Shown here in pieces: positions 52,530-64,000 of a DNA stretch of 64,000 bases. The stretch comes from the human T2T-CHM13v2.0 reference genome, Homo sapiens. The notes beneath the pieces are model-generated. The model was not told the DNA's origin and made no database searches. It was given only the letters and a program-made list of their open reading frames with translations. The stretch is from assembly GCF_009914755.1 (NCBI RefSeq), contig NC_060945.1. One strand, given 5' to 3'. Both the position numbers and the translations under genes were made by a program. Each line of letters begins with the position of its first letter. The stretch's first letter is position 1.

Positions 52530-53870
52530 ATGCTTTTATTTTTAAATAGTTATAGATCTGCAGGAATTTGCAAAGACAGTACAGAGAGATCCTGTGTATC
52601 CTTCACCAGGTTTCCCTGATGATTACATCTTACCTACCTACAGCACTATATCAAAATTAGAATATTTATAATGGTGCAATGTATGCATATAGTTCCATGC
52701 CATACAGAATTGTCCCATCAACATAAAGACCTCTCTTATACTATCCCTTTCTAGTCATTTCCTCCAATACTCTCTCCACTATCCCTCACCCCTTGGCAAA
52801 CACTAATATGTTCATGTCTATAATTTTCTCTTTTCAAGAATGTTACATAAATGAAATCATATAGCATATGACTTGTTAAGATTGGCTTTTCCCAGCCTGG
52901 ATACTGCCTTCGAGATCTATCCAAATTGTTACATGTATCAATACTTCCCTCCCTTTAATTGTTGGGAAGTATTCCATGGTATTAATCACAGTTTGCTAAA
53001 CCATTCACCTGTTGAGGGACGTTTTGATGGTTTTGAGTTTTTGGATATTACAAATAAAATTTCAATGAAAATTCATGTGTGGGTTTTTGTGTGGACATAA
53101 CTTCATTTCTCTAGGATAAATGCCCAGGCATGCCATTGCTGGGTTGTATGGTAAGTGTATATTTAGTTTGCTAGGAAACTGCCAAATTTTCCAGGGTGGC
53201 TGCACTATTTTAGATTCCCATCAGCAATGCTAGCATTTGGTGGTGTCATCATTTTATATTTTAGCTGTTTGGATAGATACATAGTGATATAAAGTGATAT
53301 AATGGTTTTAATTTGCATTTCTCTGATTGCTGATGATATTGAACACCTTTTTATGTGCTTATTTGCCATCTGCATAGTCTGTCTGGTGAAGTGTCCTTTC
53401 ACATCTTTTGCCTATTTTTGAATTGGATTGTTTTTTACTGTTAAATTTTTAGATTTCTTTCTATATTCTTAATATAGGTTCTTTGTCAGATAACATGGCT
53501 TGCAAATATTTTTCTCCCAAACTGCAGCTTGTTTTTTTTATCATTTTAGCAGGACTTTTCACAGAACAAATATTTTAAATTTTAATAAAGTCCAATTCAT
53601 AGATTTATTATTTTATTCACTGTGGTTTTACATCACGTCTAGAACTCGTTGCATAGCCCAGGTCATGAAGGTTTTTACTCTGTAATCCTATAAAAGTTTT
53701 ATAGTTTCACATTTTACCTTTAAATCTATGGTCGATTTTTAGTAAATTTCTGTGAACTGTGTGAGTTTTGGTTAAGGTTAATTTCCTTTTACCTATGGAT
53801 ATCCAATTGCCCCAGCAGCATTTGTTGAGAAAACCATCCTTCCTCCATTGATTTGAACTTTTATCAAAAA
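52530..53870 (-). mobile_element. L1MC/L1MD element (3' UTR into ORF2)
   Basis: ttgcaaagacagtacagagagatcc...ccattcacctgttgagggac...ttttaatttgcatttctctgat...tatggatatccaattg. Confidence 0.88.
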
Positions 53871-56824
53871 GTTTTGAATTTTGCCTTGACTGAACATGCA
53901 GTCCAAATTCGGATGCAGTAGACCATCAGCATCCAGTGAGAAACCACATTGAGACTCAGTGTCATTGTTGGTGCTCAGTGTATCATGGAGAAAACCTAAC
54001 ATCAAGAACAAGTTGTGATCAAAGTTGAATACAACAGGCTATTTACTGGCAGGCTGAGCATGTAGGAGAGGAATAGAGAATTACAGTTTGTAGACTGAAG
54101 AAAGCATTCTTACTAAGATGCTCCCAGTTAGATGCAAGTATCTTTTGAGGCTGTCAAACTGCTGGCTTGGGAACACTTGGTAGGTTCAGAAAAACAGCTG
54201 GTGCTTTGTGGAGCCAGTCCTCACGATGCAAAGTAAAACCAGTGAGCCCTTTTCTATGTTAACAATACTGCATTAACCTGGTCTGGAAAAGAGAAACGGT
54301 GATTTGAAAATTGCTCTTGCCATAATATCTCCCCAGAGAAGTACTGGAAACAGGCAACACCATTATTTTGTGCACAATTTATGAACTGAAGTGAGATTTA
54401 TGAGCAGGATGCAGTTTATCTGCTTGAGACATGGGATGCTGGATTTTCTGTGTGATGAGGTGAGCACCCTAACATGAACTTGTACATCACTTCTTCAAAT
54501 AAGCCTGAAGATGACTTCCCTTCTGGTTGACTTCCTCTCCTCTGGATACATTTCCTGATCTGGACATGGGACATAGAATCAATGTGCAGGGGCAGCCTTG
54601 GCCAAAATGAAGCACCCCCAGACGATCTGCTGAGGGATTTGACTGCCTGTGGACAAAGTGGTTGCCAGCCAGCCTCTGGAGTCTGTTGGCACAGCCCGCT
54701 CCATGGAAACCATCAGCAGCCTCTTGCTCAGACCAAGAGGGAATATCTGTTCAAAAGAGGCTCTCAGCAGTACTTAAATCTAGCAGAAAAATTAAAAATG
54801 TTCACGACCTGGCAGGTGGTCCATTTGAGCACCAAAGTGCCATTTAGCTTCCCAGGAAAAAAAAAAAATCTAGGTAGTAAGCGGAAGAATGTCCAGCAGG
54901 GAAGAAGATAAATTGGAAGGACACTGAAGGAGAAAGCAACTCCCAGGGACAGCTGCTCCATGTGACGCACTGAGGACCCACTCATTGTCATGGACACACG
55001 GGGTGCTGTGCTCACCTGTCATGAATAATTTGTGAACTCACACAGGACTCCTGCTCCACCATGTCTCCAGTGGCTCTCATGTGTTGGCCATATTTATTGA
55101 GTTCACTCCATGGGTCTGCTGAACAGACTGTAGACCGTAAGGCAATGGGATATTAGTGCAAAGAGAACAGAGACAGCTTTTGAAGACCAAGTTAGACTTG
55201 TGAAAGTTAGACTTGTGAAAGGGATCAAAGGGTTGTTTTAAAAGTATCTTTAAAAACTAGCATTTTTAAACCCTGAGAGGGGTGGCTAAAGATCTGTGTC
55301 AATTTCACAACCAAGTACTCTTATGACTTTAAGCCAATAACTTGACTTCTGTGGATCTCAGATTCATGTCTTTAAAGGTAGGAGGATGTAGGCTTAACTC
55401 ATGGAGCTGTCTGGAGAGATGCTTAGAGGTATCTGGAAAATAATCACATGGAAATCAGCTGAGGGCCCCCATCTTAGTGGATAGCAGGTACTGCCTCAGC
55501 TTCCCATTCCATTTATATGTTCATTTCCTTAACCCTACATATATTCCCACACATTTTAACCATGTGTCACGGGTGTATGAAGCTAGGAAGGCAACACTGG
55601 TGAGTTTGATTCATCAGGGGTCAGTTGGGCACCCACTGGGGAGTTGGCACTGGGCTTGGTGGGCACTCTGAGGGAAAAAACAGAAAATGACAAGATGCGG
55701 TTTCTGCCCCTGAAACATTTTCAAGCTCGTTATGAAGATAACACACTTGCCCAGGCACAGTGAAATAACTACACAGTGGGGTGTAATGCTTAATAGGATA
55801 AAAAGTCAAGCAAATGGAGTTATGAGGATCCAGGACTGTTTTCATGCTAGTCTGGCTCACAGAACGCTAGCAGGTTGTACTGACCTTCAGGACAAGCGTA
55901 AGTAAGACCTACGATGCTCGTTTGATCCCAACAGTTATCTCCCCTTTCTCAGTTCCTGTCTTCTCCCAGAGGGTGGCAGGTAGCTGGGGAAGAGATGACT
56001 GGGAGTGGAGAGGTGCCGCTGACCATTATGGTGGCAGCTACTCATTCAGGGTGCTCTCCTCCTAATTCTGCTGGAGAACACTATTTTGGGACAATTTGTC
56101 ATCTTGGCTGGAGGGTCCTTTCCTAAAGTCTAGCACTGATAGAACACAAGGACGTAAGTGCTGCCTTTTAACCAGGAAGGCGAAGGCAAACTTTTCTTTA
56201 AAGGAGAGAGTTGCAGGTAATCCCTGGTGTTTTTTTTTTTCAATAGTTAGCAACTGCAGGGGAAGGGAAAGGCTGTAACACCCTTCAGCTCAGACGCACA
56301 ATGGGAATATTAATTTGAGCAGTTTCCATTTCAGTCCCTTGTCATGTTAATTTTGAAGTCTGGTATACGCCCCTCAATTCTAGTTGATGATAAGCTCTAA
56401 AAGATGGCAAGATTGGTGAGGCCAAAATGCAGCTGACAAACTGAGCTTACTTAGAGATTTTCAAACTATTTGTAAGACTGGCATCTCCAATAACACTTTT
56501 GTCATTCCTGCCATTCAAACAGGAACTGTTCCCTGGAAGACCCTTAAATAAACCTGTGCTTTCAACCCACTCACCTGCCAGAGGTGGAGCCTGAAAGAAC
56601 TGGGGTGTGGGCTTATCATCCCAGTTGGGTCTCCTTTATTTCCCACTGGTGTTTTCTGACCATGCCAGGGAAAGCAAACAGTGGCTACATTCCAGCCCCT
56701 CCACAGTCAACTAAGTTTCATTCTTCCCTCTGGCTGAGGGTCTGTTGGAGGTGAGCCCAGGATCCCTGAGGCTGCTACAGTTGTGTCCCTCTGTCCCTTT
56801 GAGGTCTACCCAGCAGATGTCTTC

Positions 56825-57085
56825 TACAGGGAAATGCAAATCAAAACCAGAGTGAGATACTACTTCCCACCCACTAGGATGGCTAGAATAGAAAAGACAG
56901 ATGGGAACAATTGTTGACCAAGATGTAGATAAATTGGGACCCTCATAGATTCCTGGTGGGAATGTAGTGTGGTGAAGCTGCTTTAGAAAACAGTCTGGAA
57001 GTTCCTCCAAAGGTTAAACATAGGTTTATTACCTGACCCCTCAATTCCACCTCTTGGTGTATACCCAGGAGAAATGAAAACCTAT
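56825..57085 (+). mobile_element. L1M ORF2 3' fragment
   Basis: agggaaatgcaaatcaaaacc...ctggtgggaatgtag...tgacccctcaattccac...tatacccaggagaaatgaaaac. Confidence 0.85.
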
Positions 57086-57164
57086 TCTCTTCTAAGGTGC
57101 TGGAAAAGCTGTTCAGGAGCGATTACAGCTATTACCCATGTAGGCAGACAGTGTGCATTCACAC

Positions 57165-57830
57165 ATTTAATTCATTTATTCAACAAAATATTGAGTGTCT
57201 ACTATGTGTCAGGCACTGAGAAGCAGTAGTGAACAGAATGGATAAAAAGCTGTGCCCTCATTTACCTCACTGCACTGTGGGGAGGAGGAACAGACCATCA
57301 GCAACATAAGTAGGTCATGGAATAGGTTAGACAGGTTCTGGGGTTAGGGGAGACACAGCTATTTTAAATATGATGATCAGGGAAGTCCTCACTGAAAAAG
57401 ATGTAATTTGAATGATGACCCAAAGGATGTGCAGGAGATAGTCAGGCAGGCATCTAGAGGAAGAATGTTCTAGACAGAGGGCCATCGAGTGCAGTGTCTC
57501 TGAGGTGGGACTGTGTGTGTGCCTGGCATGCTTCAGGGACAGCAAAGCCAGAGGAGCTGGATGTGAGCAGGTGGGTGTGGCTGTCTGAGGGTTATGACTT
57601 CTGCTCTGAATGAAATGGGTTCCGGAGGAATGACATGAAGCTTTTCCTGTTACTTAGGCTTTAAAAGGATCACTCAGGCTACTTTGTGGGGAAGAGCTGC
57701 TTGCTTACTGGTAGTGGGGAAGCATGAAGACAGACCAGTTAGGAGTCTGTTGCAAGAATCTAGTGAGAAATAATGACATCTGAACCACACGATAGCAGTG
57801 GAAGTAGTGACTTGAAGGATTTCTACCAAT
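57165..57830 (-). mobile_element. L2
   Basis: attcatttattcaacaaaatattgagtgtctactatgtgtcaggcactg...tttaaaaggatcactcaggct. Confidence 0.85.
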
Positions 57831-59100
57831 GCTCGTGGAAGACAGGAGATGGGTGAAGTGATGTGATGTTATGTCGTAGAAAATCTGGGTAAATAAAATC
57901 AAGATAGATCAAGGAATAATGAAAAGAGAGATGGACTTATGGGCAGGATGCTTGATATTTATATACAGCAGAGGTAAGTGGCTGGTATCCTAGTCAAAAC
58001 ATTGTAGCTGTCAATCTACCCTAAAATTACAGAACTAACCCAGTTGCTGGGCTCATTATTAATAATGGCAGAAAGCAACATAAGCAAATTGAGAGGATAA
58101 AATTGCTTTATTGGTTTGGCTTCCAAATCATGGAGAGCAAAACATCACAACAATTCAGTGAGCAAACACACAGAGGTGCTTCTAAACCATGAGGCAGAAA
58201 ACCATTTATGTTTATTTTCATAATTGGTTTTCTGGATAGGCCAAAAATATAACAGCACCATTCCCTTCTATAGCATGAGGGAAAATCAAGATTTCTTTTT
58301 TTTCCTCTTCTATGTTCATTTCCTTCTTCCTCCAGTCACTCTTTTTGATTGCTATGATTGTATCCTTGGATGGCTCAATTGCAGTCTGTTGAAATTAAAG
58401 AAAAAGATTCTACGAAAAACTATAAAATGGACAGGTCTGGAAGAACCTCTTTTTCTAAGGCTATGTGTCATAAAACGTACGTATTTACTTTATAAAATAC
58501 ATTTCTTGATTGAATTTAAAATATGTTTTCGTTGTTAGAACTTTGATTTCCTTGCAGGTTTTCAGAAGCACATTACTTCAAATCCTACGAGCCCACTGTA
58601 GGTGATGAGAATATAAGCAGTGAACAAAACATAAAACCCTGGCTTTACAGACTCATAGCCTAGTGGGGGAGAGAGAAATGCACAGATAAATAAGAACAAT
58701 AGATAGTATGTTTGGTGATGAGTACTACAGAGAAAGGAAAAGCAAAGATGGGGGTGAGGAGCTCCAGGTAGTGGGGTGGTTGTCAGGTAAATGAGGTGGG
58801 CAGGGAAGGCTCCTCTGAGAACCTTTTATCTGAGTAATGACTTCGAGGAAGTGAAGGAGACATGCAGACATCTGGGAGAAGAGGGAATAGCAGATGCACA
58901 GGTCTCAAGGCAGGAGGATTGTCAAAGAGGCCCCCATGGTTGGGATGGAGCGAGTGAACTGGGGGTAGTAGGAGATGAGGTCAGGTCAGTGACGGGGAGC
59001 AGGGCAGATTGAATAGCAAGCCAAGAAATCAAAGTTCTCACAATTTCCCTCTCTAGTGAGAAGGAATGCCAGAAGAGAAACGAGATATGTTTAAAAGGAT

Positions 59101-60403
<1,303 letters not shown>

Positions 60404-61589
60404 GACCACTCTGGCTGCTCTATAAAGAATCTTGTACAGGACTTACAAGCAGGGGGGGCAGGATCTTACTGAAGAGGCTGCTGCATTAATGCAGGATGGT
60501 GGCGGTGGAAGTGAGAGAAGTGGTCAGATTCTGGCTGTTTTAACAGTGGAGCCGGAAGGCTTTGCCGGTGGGCTGGATGTGGGGTGTGAAGGAGATGGCT
60601 GCCTTATTGTTCCATTGGGAAGCCTGCATTGAGGCAGAGAGGAGCCAGAGATCTGGAGTGAATCCATAAATGAACAAATTTATGGCCCTCCTCTATGGAG
60701 AAGGCAGTATGCTCCAGGAGGTAAAAGGAGACAGACTCCAGTCCTTGCCTCAAGAAAGTTACACTCTGTAGATTTCAGCACAGTAACACAAAAAAGTTAA
60801 ACGAGTATGACATTGTGATAAGTGTTTCAGACAACACCAGAAGAGATATTGCAGGAACATAAACTAGTGGTTGCCATAGGAATTCGAATATATGACTCTT
60901 GGCTGGAATAGCCCCAGAGCGGAGGGCTGAATGGAGGACGATAATGGCACACAGAGATGAGGGAGGGAGCCACAGGAAAACTGCATTTCAGGAGTCGGGA
61001 AGTAGACCACTTTGGCTGAAATCAATTTCATGTGGAGATGCCAAGGGAGATAAGGTTGAGAAAAGCAGAAAACAATTCCCTTTTAAAACACAGAGAATAC
61101 TTGTTCATCACTTGACTGATCACAAGAATGAGCTGAGCAATTTTGTTATAGATCATAAACCAATTGCCCGCTTGCACAAGATTTAATACGAGGAAGACCT
61201 ACTGGCTTTCTCTGATGATGAGATGATAAACAATAGACATGACAGATTGCCTAGAAAATGAGACATAATAATGAGAGTCAAACGCTGTTATTAAATCCGT
61301 GTGAAGGGGGAATCAGGAGGATAAGAAACCACTGTTAATGATGGTGAGAAAACTGTGATCCAAAATGGCCTGAGGGGATTTTTGTTTTCACATGTGTGAA
61401 TTCAATAAATTATGAGACTGTCAAATAGGTCCATTAAAACCATTAAGTATACTCAAGCTACATATGAAACTACGTGCTCTTCTTTCAGAAAAAGCAAACA
61501 AGATGGCCTTGTGATTTTTTAATGAATAATAGACATTCATTTAGATTTTTTTTTCCTCTTGTGATAGATATTCCATGCTCAGGTACTGG

Positions 61590-61830
61590 CAATGATCATT
61601 ATAGCCCAGATGTTAGGAGCTCATGTCTTAGAATGAGGATGTCTCTGTTCAAATTCCAGCTTCTTGTTTTACTGCCATTTAATCTCTCCGTGCCTCAGTT
61701 TCTTCATTTGTAAAATGAGGATGATGTTGACAGCAATACTCACTTTATGGGGTTGCTGGGAGGTACCATTTGTACAGCACTTGGAGTAGTTAGCTCCTGC
61801 CGTTTATCAACACTCCAAAAATGTTAGCTG
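61590..61830 (+). mobile_element. MIR
   Basis: tttaatctctccgtgcctcagtttcttcatttgtaaaatgaggatg. Confidence 0.85.
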
Positions 61831-62185
61831 TGAACTGAAAGCCTGCTTTTCTACCTATTCATCACTTTCTGCCCACTTTTGTTGTAGCTAAGCAGTGTGT
61901 TTCTTCCTTATTACAAATGTCCTTGCACCTCTTGTTGATGGAGCACCAGTTTTTCTAGAATGAGGGGCTGCTTTTCATTTCCAGCAGCACAATCAGTGGC
62001 TGGAAAAGGGAGAGAGAAACCCCAGACAAAACCCACCTGATGCATCACAGATGCTGCAGACCGAGGCCTGGAGAAAAAAAGGGGGACTTGATTCCCTTTG
62101 ATATTGGGAGAAGTCTGTTTCCCAAGCTGTGGCCACTGAAACGAAACTGCTGAGATCCCCATACCTAAGAAGGAACTTTTGGACA

Positions 62186-62393
62186 CAGGAAGGGGAACAT
62201 CACACACCGGGGACTGTTGTGGGGTGGGGGGAGAGGGGAGGGATAGCATTAGGAGATATACCTAATGCTAAATGACGAGTTAATGGGTGCAGCACACCAA
62301 CATGGCACATGTATACATATGTAACAAACCTGCACGTTGTGCACACATACCCTAAAACTTAAAGTATAATAATAATAAAATTAAAAAAAAAAG
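62186..62393 (+). mobile_element. 5'-truncated L1PA (L1PA4-like) 3' UTR
   Basis: caggaaggggaacatcacacaccggggactg...cctaaaacttaaagtataataataa; 19-bp TSD aagaaggaacttttggaca at 62167-62185 and 62394-62412. Confidence 0.96.
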
Positions 62394-62889
62394 AAGAAGG
62401 AACTTTTGGACAATAGGCGTTCTTCCATTATAGGATGAAAGGGTAGGTGGGGCTGGAAGTATACTCAGCAGTGGACACTCTTTTCCCCACAAGGAGCTTT
62501 TTTACTTTTAAAAACTAAAACTGAAATGAATTGTTATAAAATATCACATCATATTAAAATATAAAATATTTTATATTGAAACATATATTCAATATATCTT
62601 GGCACTCTGTATATGAAATATTATATCATACCTGATGATATCATAAAATATCATTTTAAATTATATTAATACAAGTTTGTTTTATAAAACCTAAAAAATA
62701 ACCAAGAAATAAAGCAGGGAAAAAAACCTTGATGACTGCTTCTCAGAAGCTTGCTTATACGATTTCCCCTTTTGAAAATTAAGTTTTTTTTCAGAATACT
62801 CTGTTTTCTTAGTTATCAATGTGTGAGTACAGGTCAAATGACTTATAATGAAAATTGTTAATATGGAAAGTTTTGTATTTCCTTAGGCT

Positions 62890-63090
62890 GAGTTTTTTTA
62901 ATAAATAAACTTAAAATTTGGAAGAGTTCTAGATTTACGGAAAAGTTGCAAAGAGAGTGTTGAGAGCTCCCCTTGGATCTCCCTCACCCAGGTTCTGTTC
63001 CCTTAATGTGACCGTCTTATGTCACCACAGGGCACTCGTTGAATCTGAGAAACCAAGCTTGTTGAAACTAAACTAAATGGGCTTCAGATA
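62890..63090 (-). mobile_element. L1M 3' terminal fragment
   Basis: gttctagatttacggaaaagttgcaaagagagtgttgagagctccc...cacccag. Confidence 0.7.
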
Positions 63091-63154
63091 TAGGTTTACC
63101 TTTGGATCACTGCAATATCTCCCTCCTCACCCATCTTTCAGATTAGTAATTTTT

Positions 63155-63414
<260 letters not shown>

Positions 63415-63425
63415 CAGATTAGTAG

Positions 63426-63650
<225 letters not shown>

Positions 63651-64000
63651 CAGATTAGTAGTTTTTAAAGGTCTTATATCTCTCATTCTTGAATACAATA
63701 TAATTACCTAATTTAAATCACTTGTTTCAAATTTCTGGAACTCATTTTCGCTGCGAAAGAATACTAGCCATGATTATCAAATATGTGCTTTTATCTGTGG
63801 TAGTTTAAGCAGAATAACTAAGCAACAATACAATAGGCCCTCCTCCTGGGGTTACTGTGTAATCCACATATTGAGGTGCCCAACAAAACAGAGTCCTTAA
63901 ATGTCTTACAGTTATGGTTCTTTCTTTATTCTACATTTTTTAAAACGATGAAGAAGGAAGGCTGTATCAGAGTCCTGGTAGAAAACATGACACACTCAAG

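Noticed and set aside
55960-56045. CTCF-like motifs (ccagagggtggcag, ccattatggtggcagc)
   Set aside because: Only partial matches by eye; a PWM scan and ChIP data are needed.
62535-62670. AT-rich stretch with short palindromes
   Set aside because: Low complexity makes short inverted matches likely by chance.

Overview
This is primate, human-like nuclear DNA (AluJ/S/Y, L1PA, THE1B and a HERV-H LTR7 solo LTR are present). It is intronic or intergenic, and I recognise no protein-coding gene, tRNA, rRNA or CRISPR array. A large share of the window is interspersed repeats, many with readable target-site duplications (TSDs). Repeat family names come from recalled consensus sequences, not a database search, so subfamily calls and fuzzy boundaries are approximate. 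The notable signals are structural: (1) a perfect 42-bp-arm palindrome beside a ~280-bp polypyrimidine tract; (2) a ~340-bp copy of an exon-like cassette from 21.5 kb pasted into an old L1MC at 1.1 kb; (3) a multi-junction rearrangement at 25.9-26.7 kb later hit by THE1B; (4) two 5'-inverted L1s; (5) an L1 carrying 61 nt of foreign sequence inside its TSDs; (6) two Alus at one target site giving three TSD copies; (7) a speculative plus-strand promoter plus two exons that splice into a small open reading frame. None of this proves a new biological system; the transcript model is a testable hypothesis.
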